A DNA stretch of 64,000 nt from an uncultured Thermoleophilia bacterium. Its GTDB lineage: Bacteria; Actinomycetota; Thermoleophilia; UBA2241. Position numbers and translations under genes: made by a program. The DNA lies in the NCBI GenBank assembly GCA_963705205.1, contig CAVPJG010000011.1, positions 6,565 through 70,564 of the forward strand, in the 5' to 3' direction. How positions within the stretch are numbered: position 1 is the stretch's first letter; every line of letters begins with the position of its first letter. The notes under the pieces were generated by a model. That model worked only from the letters and a program-made list of their open reading frames with translations, searched no databases and was not told the DNA's origin. Positions 1-8,264 of the stretch are shown piece after piece.

Positions 1-854
1 AAGGGCGCACCGAGGACTTCGCCGGGTACACCGACGGCCTCGCGACATGGAAGCGGCTCTTCGAGTCGGGAGTCGCGGGCGTCATCCGCGGAGACGAGCC
101 GGGATGGGGCTATCGGACCTACCACTCCGAGAGCTACGCCCGTCGTCGCGTCCATCTCAGGATCCTCGACGATTACCCTCCCTCCCACCTCATCCATCGC
201 CTGGGGCTGGAGCCGCAGCCGGTCCCGCCCGAGCTGCTGCGACGCGAATCGGAGAGCCTCACGACCTACCGCGACCGCATCTACGAAGCCTTCAACCTGC
301 CCACCTTCTTCGCGGCCCTGAACGACGTGAAGACGCCCTACGTGGAGATCGCGAACCCCTTCCTCAGCCGGAGAGTGGTGAGCGTCGTGCGCTCCTTGCC
401 GGATCATCTCCGCGAGCACCGCCGCGCGTTCGCGGCCTTCGTCCACGCGTACGGCCCCGACGTGCCCTTCGCCAGCAAGGCGGCGCCGGCGGAGCCTGCC
501 GAGTACCTCGCTCGCCCCGGGCTCGTGACCGAGATCCGCCGGGAACTCGGCTCGAGCCGGGCCGAGAAGGTGCTCGATCGCCCGGCCCTCGAACGTCTCG
601 ACGCCGCGCTGGACGGGTCCCCGGCCTTCAACGCGCGGCGCGGGCTGCGACAGGCCGCCCGCAAGGTGGTCCCCGACGAGCTCGCGCGCCGGCTGCGGCC
701 GAACGCGGCGATCCTTCTCAGCCCACGAGAACTCGCGTTTCGCTTCTACATCGCGAGCAGGATGGCCGACATGCTGGAGCGGGACGCGGCGGCGGCGGCG
801 GACGTGTGGCAGTCAAGCGCGGCGACACGGGGAGGGCTTCCTTGTCCGGACTGA
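1..854 (+). CDS. Asparagine synthetase (AsnB)-like PP-loop ATP-pyrophosphatase paralog, copy 1 (5' end cut by window edge)
   Basis: Frame 3 is open from nt 3 to TGA 852-854. GRTEDFAGYTDGLATWKRLFESGVAGVIRGDEPGWGY... and ...VKTPYVEIANPFLSRRVVSVVRSLPDHLR align with the C-terminal halves of copies 2 and 3. Confidence 0.8.
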   Translation, partial: GRTEDFAGYTDGLATWKRLFESGVAGVIRGDEPGWGYRTYHSESYARRRVHLRILDDYPPSHLIHRLGLEPQPVPPELLRRESESLTTYRDRIYEAFNLPTFFAALNDVKTPYVEIANPFLSRRVVSVVRSLPDHLREHRRAFAAFVHAYGPDVPFASKAAPAEPAEYLARPGLVTEIRRELGSSRAEKVLDRPALERLDAALDGSPAFNARRGLRQAARKVVPDELARRLRPNAAILLSPRELAFRFYIASRMADMLERDAAAAADVWQSSAATRGGLPCPD

Positions 855-2560
855 TCGTCGCCTGCTCCCGACCGGGGACCGACCTGCCGTTCTCGGCCGG
901 AGACCTGAGGACCGTCGCCGCCCGCCTCTCCCCCGACCACATCACGGCGCACGCCCCACTGCTCGTCGCCGACCCTGGCCTGCTGGTGGCCGTGGTCAAC
1001 CCCCTGCCCGACCTGCCGCGGGCACCGGGCGCGGTCTGCCTCGGCGGACTGGTCGGCGGCGGCGACGGCTGGGGCACCCCCGGGTCGCACCGGCCGGACG
1101 GCTCCTACGCCGTCTGCCGCTGGGACGCCGACCGGCTCGAGCTGGTGAGCGACAACCTCGCCAGCAGGGCGGTCTGGTACGTGCTCGACGGCGACCTCTT
1201 CCTCGCCTCGACGTCGCAGCGGGCGCTGGTCTGCCTGCTCGGCGACCTGCGCCTCGACCACGCCGCCGTCGCCTGGCTGGCCTCCAGCGGCACCCTGGGC
1301 CCCGACCACGGCTGGGACACGCGGCTGCAGCGCCTGCCGGCGGCGACCGTGCTCTCCCTCGACCGCCGCGCCTGGACCCTGAGCTCAAGCGAGGAGCCTC
1401 TCGACCACTCGTCGGAGGCGCTCCCGGACGAGGTGCATCTCCAGCGCTGGCGCGACGCCATCCTGGAGACCTGCGCCGAGCTCGGCGTCTCCCTCGACAC
1501 CTGGCTGCTGCCGCTCTCCGGCGGCCTCGACAGCCGCACGCTGCTGGCCGCCCTGATCGCCGGCGGCCGTCGGCCGCGCTGCGTCACCTGGGGCCTGCGC
1601 CATTCGCTGGACGATCCCGCCAGCGACAGCGCCGTGGCTCGCCGCCTGGCCGATCACTATGGGGTCGAGCACACCTTCTTCGCCACCGACGCCGGCACGG
1701 TGCCTGCCCGCGTCGTCATCGATCGCTACTTGGTCGCGGGCGAGGGGCGCACGGACCAGATCGCCGGCTACCTCGATGGGCTCGCCGTCTGGAAGCGCCT
1801 GTTCGAGGAGGGCGTGACCGGGGTCATCCGCGGCGACGAGCCGGGGTGGGGCTACGACACGGCCTACTCGGCGGCCGACGCGCGGCGCGGCAATCGCGTC
1901 GAGATGGTCGCCGACTTCCCGGCGTCTCATCTGATCCGGCAGCTCGGACTCGCCCCTCAGACCCTGCCCGGCTGGGCACGACAACGCCCCGGGGAGAGCC
2001 TCGTCCTCTACGACGGCAGGCTGACCGATACCTACCAGGTGCCCCTCGACCTCGGCCCGCTCAACGACGTCAAGTGCGCCTACGTGGAGGTCGTCAACCC
2101 GTTCTTCGCCGATCGGGTGATGCGCGCGGCACGCGCCCTCCCGGAACATCTTCGCAAGGAGCGGCGTGGGTTCACCGCCGTGGTGCAGGAGCTCGGCCCT
2201 CCCATCCCGGAGGCGAAGCGCTCAGCGCTCGCGAGCTCCGCTCCGACGCTTCGCAGCAAGGATTTCCACAGCGAGATGCTTGAGGAGCTCACGTCGAGCG
2301 AGGCCGAACGCATCTGCGAGCGCCACGCCCTCGATCTGGTGGTGGCCCGCCTGCGGCGCCCGGACACTGCGTCTGCGCACCATAGACTGCGCGGCGCCGC
2401 GCGCACCGTCCTGCCTCGCCGCGTGAGGGTCGCGGTACGGCCGGACCCGGGGGCGAGCCTCACGACGGAGCGGCTGGCGCTGCGGCTCGTGCTCGCCAGC
2501 CGGATGGCGACGCTCCTCACCGATGACGCCGCCGCTCTCAGCCGAGACCGGACGGCCTGA
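842..2560 (+). CDS. AsnB-like PP-loop amidotransferase-family paralog, copy 2 (no N-terminal Cys nucleophile)
   Basis: TTG at 842, preceded by GGGGAGGG, sits at the position homologous to the GTG start of copy 3 (SGLIVAC...). It has the PP-loop LLPLSGGLDSR and an AsnB-like N-domain (GSYAVCRWD..LELVSDNLASR..WY). The 837-aa track ORF 47..2560 includes an out-of-frame upstream extension over copy 1. Confidence 0.8.
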   Translation: MSGLIVACSRPGTDLPFSAGDLRTVAARLSPDHITAHAPLLVADPGLLVAVVNPLPDLPRAPGAVCLGGLVGGGDGWGTPGSHRPDGSYAVCRWDADRLELVSDNLASRAVWYVLDGDLFLASTSQRALVCLLGDLRLDHAAVAWLASSGTLGPDHGWDTRLQRLPAATVLSLDRRAWTLSSSEEPLDHSSEALPDEVHLQRWRDAILETCAELGVSLDTWLLPLSGGLDSRTLLAALIAGGRRPRCVTWGLRHSLDDPASDSAVARRLADHYGVEHTFFATDAGTVPARVVIDRYLVAGEGRTDQIAGYLDGLAVWKRLFEEGVTGVIRGDEPGWGYDTAYSAADARRGNRVEMVADFPASHLIRQLGLAPQTLPGWARQRPGESLVLYDGRLTDTYQVPLDLGPLNDVKCAYVEVVNPFFADRVMRAARALPEHLRKERRGFTAVVQELGPPIPEAKRSALASSAPTLRSKDFHSEMLEELTSSEAERICERHALDLVVARLRRPDTASAHHRLRGAARTVLPRRVRVAVRPDPGASLTTERLALRLVLASRMATLLTDDAAALSRDRTA

Positions 2561-2565
2561 CCCCC

Positions 2566-4323
2566 GTGTCCGGACTGATCGTCGCCTGCTGCCGGCCGGG
2601 GACCGACCTGCCGTTCTCGGCCGGAGATCTGAGGACCGTCGCCGCCCGCCTGTCGCCCGACCGCATCGCTCCGCGTGCCCCTCTCGTCGTCGACGAGCAG
2701 GGTCTGATCGTCGCGGTCGTCAACCCCATGCCCGACCTCCCGGCCACGACGGGTGCCTTGTGCCTCGGCGGGCTGGTCGGCGCCGGCGGTGGCTGGAGCG
2801 CGACCGGATCCCGGCGCCCGGACGGCTCCTACGCCGTCTGCCGATGGGACTCCGGCCGGCTGGAGCTCGTGACCGACAACCTGGCCTCGAGGACCATCTG
2901 GTACGTCCTTGACGGCGACGTGTTCCTCGCCTCCACGTCTCAGAGAGCGCTCGTCTCTCTGCTCGGGGATCTCAGGCTCAACAGCGGAGCTGTCGCCTGG
3001 CTCGCCTCGAGCGGCTCGCTCGGACCGGACGGTGGCTGGGACACGCGACTGCGGATGATCCCGCCGGCAGCAGTCCTCACGCTCGACCGGCGGACGTGGA
3101 CGACGCGCTGCGCGGCAGAGTCGCTCGACCCTCACCCCGAGGCGCTCCCGGACAAGGTGCACCTGCAGCGCTGGCGCGACGCGATCCTCGAGACCTGCGC
3201 CGAGCTCGGCGTCTCCCTCGACACCTGGCTGCTGCCGCTCTCCGGAGGCCTCGACAGCCGCGTCCTGCTCGCCGCCCTGATCGCCGCCGACCGACGACCG
3301 CGCTGCGTCACCTGGGGATTGCGTCGCTCGCTGGACGACCCCGAGAACGACGCCGTCGTCGCGCGCCGTCTGGCCGAGCACTACCGGCTCGACCACCGCT
3401 TCCTCGCCACGGACATGGACGACACCCCCGCCCGCGTCGTCATCGACCGCTTCCTCGCCGCCGGCGAGGGGCGTACGGACCAGATCGCCGGCTACCTCGA
3501 CGGGCTGCGCGTGTGGAAGACGCTCTATGAGGACGGTGTGTCGGGCATCATCCGGGGCGATGAGCCCGCCTGGGGCTACACCACCATCTACACCGACGCC
3601 GACGTGACGCGGCGGGGAGACGGAGGCGCCGTCGTCGCGGACTATCCTCAGGGCCATCTGATCCGGCAGCTCGGACTGGCGCCCCAGTCCCTGCCGGCCT
3701 GGATGGCGAGGGGAGATGGGGAGACCCTCCAGCACTACGCCTCCCGCCTCTGGGAACGACACGGGTTCCAGGCTCACCTGGCTCCCCTCAACGACGTCAA
3801 GGCAGCGTACGTCGAGATCGTCAATCCCTTCATCTGCGATCGCGTGATGACGGTCGCGCGAGCGCTCCCCGAGACCCTGCGCAGCCAGCGGCGCGGCTTA
3901 AAGGCCGTGGCTGCCGGCCTGAGTCCGCCGATACCCATGGCGAAGCACTCGGCGATCGACGGCTCGAGCCGACTGTTGTCGTCCAGCGCGCCGGTCATCG
4001 ACGAGATCACCGCAGTCCTGTCGTCTCCTGAGGCCGAGCGCATCTGCGACCGGCGAGGGCTTGACCGGGTCATCTCCGCGCTCCGCACGCCCGGTACCGC
4101 TCGCGCCGAGCCGCGGGTCCTCGGCGCCGTGCGGGCGGCCGTGCCGCGCCGCGTGAAAGCCGCCCTCAGGCCGAGACCGCCGCTGACGCTCTCGGCGTTC
4201 AAGCTGGCATTCCGGCTCCACCTGGCGATCCGTATGGCCACGATGCTGGAGGCCGACGCGGCCGCCCTGCGAGACGGCGCCTCGGCATCCCCCACGACAC
4301 CGCGAACGTCACCGTCACCTTGA
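2566..4323 (+). CDS. AsnB-like PP-loop amidotransferase-family paralog, copy 3 (no N-terminal Cys nucleophile)
   Basis: 585-aa ORF starting MSGLIVACCRPG, with the SGGLDSR PP-loop. It is collinear with copy 2 over its whole length and shares blocks of near-identical nucleotides. Confidence 0.85.
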   Translation: MSGLIVACCRPGTDLPFSAGDLRTVAARLSPDRIAPRAPLVVDEQGLIVAVVNPMPDLPATTGALCLGGLVGAGGGWSATGSRRPDGSYAVCRWDSGRLELVTDNLASRTIWYVLDGDVFLASTSQRALVSLLGDLRLNSGAVAWLASSGSLGPDGGWDTRLRMIPPAAVLTLDRRTWTTRCAAESLDPHPEALPDKVHLQRWRDAILETCAELGVSLDTWLLPLSGGLDSRVLLAALIAADRRPRCVTWGLRRSLDDPENDAVVARRLAEHYRLDHRFLATDMDDTPARVVIDRFLAAGEGRTDQIAGYLDGLRVWKTLYEDGVSGIIRGDEPAWGYTTIYTDADVTRRGDGGAVVADYPQGHLIRQLGLAPQSLPAWMARGDGETLQHYASRLWERHGFQAHLAPLNDVKAAYVEIVNPFICDRVMTVARALPETLRSQRRGLKAVAAGLSPPIPMAKHSAIDGSSRLLSSSAPVIDEITAVLSSPEAERICDRRGLDRVISALRTPGTARAEPRVLGAVRAAVPRRVKAALRPRPPLTLSAFKLAFRLHLAIRMATMLEADAAALRDGASASPTTPRTSPSP

Positions 4324-4348
4324 CCCACGCGTCCACGGGAGGCGCGCC

Positions 4349-4462
4349 ATGGCAGATCTGATCGTCGCCTGTCCGCGCGAGCCTCTGGTGCTCGAGCACG
4401 CGGCTGTGACCGGCGTGGTCGCGAGGGCCCTCGTTCGAGTACAGGTCAGATCGATCCCCTGA
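4349..4462 (+). pseudogene. 5' remnant of a fourth AsnB-like paralog (37 codons)
   Basis: ATG at 4349 opens MADLIVACPREPLVLEHAAVTG..., matching the M-S-G-L-I-V-A-C N-termini of copies 2 and 3. It stops after 37 codons, inside the 3' end of the convergent ATP-grasp gene. Confidence 0.4.
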
Positions 4463-5759
4463 CCGCGGATCGTCGCGCGAGACGCGTCGTCGCGGCTCGT
4501 ACCGCCACCCTGAGCATCGGTCCGGGGTCGTCGAGCGCGATCACGGCGTCGGCGCGGGCCCGGGCCAGCGGGCGGATCCAGGCGCCCAGGCTGAGCTGCC
4601 CACGCCGCCACTCGTTGAGGGAGTCTCTCGCATCGCGTGGCAGGTCCGTCCACACCACACCGTCCGCCTGCCAGGGCATGGTGACGGCTTCGCCGAGAGC
4701 GTCACGGTACGCCACCTCGCTGAGGTTCACGCCGGCGGCCGTGGCGATCCCTGCCCAGAGACCGTGCCGCGCATTGATCTCCATGAACTTCAGTCCGCCG
4801 TCCCTCGGGTCGCGCTTGAACTCCACGTCCGACACGCCCCGGTAGCGCAGACGCTCGAGCAGGCGGAGTGTCATGTCGGCCACCTCGTCCGACCACAGGC
4901 TCTCGGCCACCCGCGTGTTCCCGAAGCCACGAGGATGCTGGCGCAGCTTGCGGCCCGTGAACACGGCCAGAGGCCGGCTGCACGCGTCGTGATAGGTCGC
5001 GGCGATCATGAGCGCATCATCGTCTCCGGGTATGACCTCCTGCAGCATCAGGGGCCCGCAATCCGCCACGCGATCGTAGGACCGCCGCAGGTCACCAGCC
5101 GTCTCGATCACCAGGAGCTTGACGCCGAGACGTCGCCACAGCATCAGAGGCGCCGTCGCCTTGAGGACGGCAGGAAGCCGGACCGCCGCGGCCGCCGGTC
5201 CGAGATCCGCGGCGGAATGGACGAACGCCGTCAAGGGAGTGGGCACCCCGGCCTCCCACGCCGCACGCACCTGGCTCTCCTTGTCGTCCAGTCGCTTCAT
5301 CACGTCCCAGCGACAGACGGGCAGCACGAAGGGTGGCTCCAACTGCTCCGCGTGCCGTGAAACGCTGGCCACGAAGTCGTCCTGCGCGGGAAGGACGACG
5401 GTGCCCGCGGGCAGCCGCCGCGAAAGCGCGAGCATGTCCTCGACGAATCCGGCCTCGTCGTAGTGCGGATCCGAGCAGCGCACTGCATGGGCGTACCGCG
5501 ACGCGAAGCCGAGCGCGCCCGGCTGGGAGTCGACGGCCAGGACGGGTACGCCCAATCTGCCCAGGTCGCGAACGATGCCGAGACCTGTGCCGTTGCCGAC
5601 ACCGAGCACGACCGCGGGCCGAAGTCCGCGACGATCCCGCCGGACCAGTGGCCGCCTCACCGTGTTGGTCCTGATGTGACTCGATCTCGCACAGGGGACT
5701 CCGCTGCCGCCCAATCGCCGATACGGGCGCACCGCGCCCTTCGGCGCGCCTCTTGGCAC
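4446..5759 (-). CDS. ATP-grasp family carboxylate-amine ligase (COG3919-like predicted ATP-grasp enzyme)
   Basis: Has an N-terminal Rossmann-like VVLGVGNGTGLGIVRDLGRLGVPV, and ATP-grasp core motifs ...LPAVLKAT..., ...MLQEVIPG..., ...SDVEFKRDPRDGGLKFMEINARHGLW. The true start may be the downstream GVRRPLV region, so the N-terminus is uncertain. Confidence 0.75.
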   Translation of the reverse strand: MPRGAPKGAVRPYRRLGGSGVPCARSSHIRTNTVRRPLVRRDRRGLRPAVVLGVGNGTGLGIVRDLGRLGVPVLAVDSQPGALGFASRYAHAVRCSDPHYDEAGFVEDMLALSRRLPAGTVVLPAQDDFVASVSRHAEQLEPPFVLPVCRWDVMKRLDDKESQVRAAWEAGVPTPLTAFVHSAADLGPAAAAVRLPAVLKATAPLMLWRRLGVKLLVIETAGDLRRSYDRVADCGPLMLQEVIPGDDDALMIAATYHDACSRPLAVFTGRKLRQHPRGFGNTRVAESLWSDEVADMTLRLLERLRYRGVSDVEFKRDPRDGGLKFMEINARHGLWAGIATAAGVNLSEVAYRDALGEAVTMPWQADGVVWTDLPRDARDSLNEWRRGQLSLGAWIRPLARARADAVIALDDPGPMLRVAVRAATTRLARRSAVRGSI

Positions 5760-5783
5760 CCTACCATGGCCCCGTACCGGGGC

Positions 5784-5927
5784 TCAGGACGGCGCGCCGG
5801 CTACGAAGACCAGCGCCAAGCCGACGAGGAAGGCCAGCATGCCGATCTCGATCGCGAGCCGGCGCCGGGCAGCGCCGCCGCCCTCGCGTACCGTCTCTGG
5901 GCGTTCCCCGTCCCGTGTGGCCGCCAT
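5784..5927 (-). CDS. Small (47 aa) single-pass membrane protein, hypothetical
   Basis: The ATG is preceded by AGGAGG with a 6-nt spacing. The sequence is MAATRDGERPETVREGGGAARRRLAIEIGMLAFLVGLALVFVAGAPS, with one hydrophobic helix. The stop is followed by the hairpin GCCCCGGTACGGGGC. Confidence 0.45.
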   Translation of the reverse strand: MAATRDGERPETVREGGGAARRRLAIEIGMLAFLVGLALVFVAGAPS

Positions 5928-6028
5928 GACCAGCCTCCTGTCCTTGCGCCGCGAGGTGCTTTCGCGGAAGGACGTCGGCCAGAACAGCGCCGTGCTCGCT
6001 GGTACATTCGTTTGACACGAGGCGCGCC

Positions 6029-6065
6029 ACCGCGACGCGGTGAGGCCGGAGGCCCGCGTCGCGGT
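6029..6065 (-). terminator. Perfect 11-bp inverted repeat overlapping the ispG stop codon (terminator-like hairpin without a clear U-tract)
   Basis: ACCGCGACGCG-15 nt-CGCGTCGCGGT on the coding strand, directly after or overlapping TGA 6065-6067. Confidence 0.35.
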
Positions 6066-7150
6066 CAGCTGCGTCCGACCGGGCCGGTGCGGACGAGCGC
6101 GAGGAGCGCGTCGAGCAGCTGCCCCTCGGGCAGCGTACTCGACGCGCTCGCCGTGGTCGAAGAGCACGCCCTCGCCGGCGCCGGCGGCGATGCCGTAAGT
6201 CGGCGTGACGCGCCTCTTCGGGGCCGTTCACACGGCAGCCCATGACGGCGACGCTGATCACGCGGCCGGCGAGCGCCGGGTCCGAGCGCCGAGCCGGCGC
6301 TCGACCTCTTCGGCGAGGTCGACGATGTCGACCTCGGTGCGGCCGCAGGTCGGGCACGAGATGACCTCGGGGCCGCGCCGCCGCAGGCCCAGCGCGGCCA
6401 GGATCTGCCAGGCGACCCTGACCTCTTCGACCGGGTCGCCGGTCAGGCTCACCCGGATCGTGTCGCCGACGCCGTCGGCCAGCAGGGCGCCGATGCCGAC
6501 GGCGCTCTTGATGGTCCCGCTCCAGACGGTGCCGGCCTCGGTCACGCCGACGTGCAGCGGCGCGTCCGTCTTCGCCGCCAGCAGGCGGTAGGCGGCGATC
6601 GTGTCCGGCACCGAGGAGGACTTCACGCTGAGCTTGTAGCTCGTGAAGTCCCCACTCCTCGAACTGCTCCGCCCAGCGCAGCGCCGCCTCGACGAGCGCT
6701 CCGGGCGCGTCCGTCGGCGGCGCGCTCGCGCAGGTCGCGCGGCAGCGAGCCGGCGTTCACGCCGATGCGGATCGCGACGGGGACGCCGGGCTCGCCCGGC
6801 GCGGCGGGCACGCGGGCGTCCGCCGCCGCCTGCACGATCTCCCGGACGTGCTTCTCCGCCATCGTCCCCGGATTGATGCGCACGCCGGCGGCGCCGGCCT
6901 CGATCGCCGCGAGCGCGAGACGCCAGTCGTAGTGGATGTCGGCGATGATCGGCACGCCCGCCTCGCGCACGACGCGCGCGAACGCCGGCGCCTCCTCGGC
7001 CGTAGGCAGGCTCACGCGCACGATCTCGCAGCCGGCCGCCGCCAGCGCGCGCACCTGCGCCAGCGTCGCGTCGGCGTCGCCGGTGCGCGTGCACGTCATC
7101 GACTGCACGGCCACTGGGGCGCCGCCGCCGACGGGCACGGCGCCGACCAT
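6065..7150 (-). pseudogene. ispG: 4-hydroxy-3-methylbut-2-enyl diphosphate synthase IspG (GcpE), reading frame broken about 5 times as sequenced
   Basis: Conserved IspG segments occur in rotating frames: [41 protein letters not shown]; then [16 protein letters not shown]; then [51 protein letters not shown]. These are followed by VAVMGCRVNGPEEARHAD, GIAAGAGEGVLFDHGERV and EGQLLDALLALVRTGPVGRS-stop. Confidence 0.85.
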
Positions 7151-8174
7151 GGATGCGGCGCGCGGCTAGCCACGGTCGTCCCCGCCGCCGGACCGCTCGC
7201 GTCCTCGCGCGCCCTCCCGGCGCCGGCGGACCACGCCCACGTCTCCGCGAGGCCGGCGGCCAGCGTGGTCCCGGCCTCCCAGCCGAGCACCCAGCGGGCG
7301 CGGCCGGCGTCGGCGCGCGAGTGCCGGATATCGCCCTCGCGCGCGGGCTCGAGACGCCGCTCGAGCCTCCTCCCGGCCTGCTGCTCGACGACGGCCGAGG
7401 ATCTGCAGCAGGTCGGTCTGCCGGCCGGTGCCGACGTTGAGCACCGAGACCCCGGTGAGCGGCCGCTACAGCGCCGCCAGGATGGCGGCCACCACGTCGG
7501 CGACGTAGACGAAGTCGCGGGACTGGCGGCCGTCGCCGTAGATGGTCACCGGGTCGCCGCGCGACCGCCGCCGAGAGGAAGCGGCTGATGACGCCGGAGT
7601 AGGCGGAGCCGGGATCCTGCCGCGGCCCGTACACGTTGAAGAACCGGAGGCACGCGGCCGTGAGCTGACCGGCGTCGGCGGCGTCGGCGCACACGCCCTC
7701 CGACGCCAGCTTGGCGAACGCGTACGGGCTGAGCGGCAGCGGCGGCGCGGTCTCGGCGATGGGCAGCTGCGCCGCGTCGCCGTACACGGCGCAGCTCGAG
7801 GCGAGCACGAACCGCTCGGCGCCGGCCTCCACGGCCTGGCGCACGGCATTGACCGTGCCCCCGTGGGTGACGGAGTCGCAGCCCACGGGGTCCTCGACCG
7901 ATCGCGGCACCGAGACGACGGCCGCAAGGTGCACCACGCCCGAGCAGCCATCCATCGCGTCGCGCATGCGCACTTCGTCGCGCACGTCGCCCTCCATCAC
8001 CTGCAGGCCGGCGCCACCCTGCGCAGCGAGCGCCCAGGCGTCATCCAGGTTCTCGTCCTTGCCGGTGCTGAAGTCGTCGAGGACGCGCACGTCTGAGCCG
8101 CTCGCGAGGAGGGCGTCGACCACGTGTGAGCCGATGAACCCGGCGCCGCCGGTGACCAGTGTGATGCCGTCCAT
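7096..8174 (-). pseudogene. NAD-dependent epimerase/dehydratase (extended SDR, GalE-like), disrupted by 2 frameshifts and an in-frame TAG as sequenced
   Basis: The N-terminus [20 protein letters not shown] and the YxxxK motif ([11 protein letters not shown]) are intact. The frame changes near 7563 (..FLSAAV / [23 protein letters not shown]). There is an in-frame TAG at 7466-7468 (..[20 protein letters not shown]). A second shift occurs near 7395 (..DLLQIL / [33 protein letters not shown]). The 3' end is uncertain. Confidence 0.75.
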
Positions 8175-8264
8175 CCGCTCATCCTACGGCAGGCAGGGGC
8201 GCGGCGCCGCCCTCTTGGTCGGCCGGCCAGGTCACGAGGGGCCCGTTCCCGGCGTACGCTCGTC

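Noticed and set aside
47-2560. 837-aa ORF in the track that looks like one giant protein
   Set aside because: Its first roughly 265 codons are an out-of-frame read over AsnB-like copy 1 (Arg/Pro-rich nonsense). Homology with copy 3 places the real start at TTG 842.
6012-6017. Perfect TTGACA on the plus strand downstream of ispG
   Set aside because: There is no acceptable -10 at 16-18 nt and no plus-strand gene downstream. It is probably fortuitous.
6258-8174. 638-aa ORF spanning the epimerase and part of ispG
   Set aside because: It is a chimera. Only the first ~200 codons (epimerase N-terminus) and the last ~135 codons (middle of ispG) are meaningful. The Arg/Gly/Pro-rich centre is frame-shifted read-through kept open by high GC.
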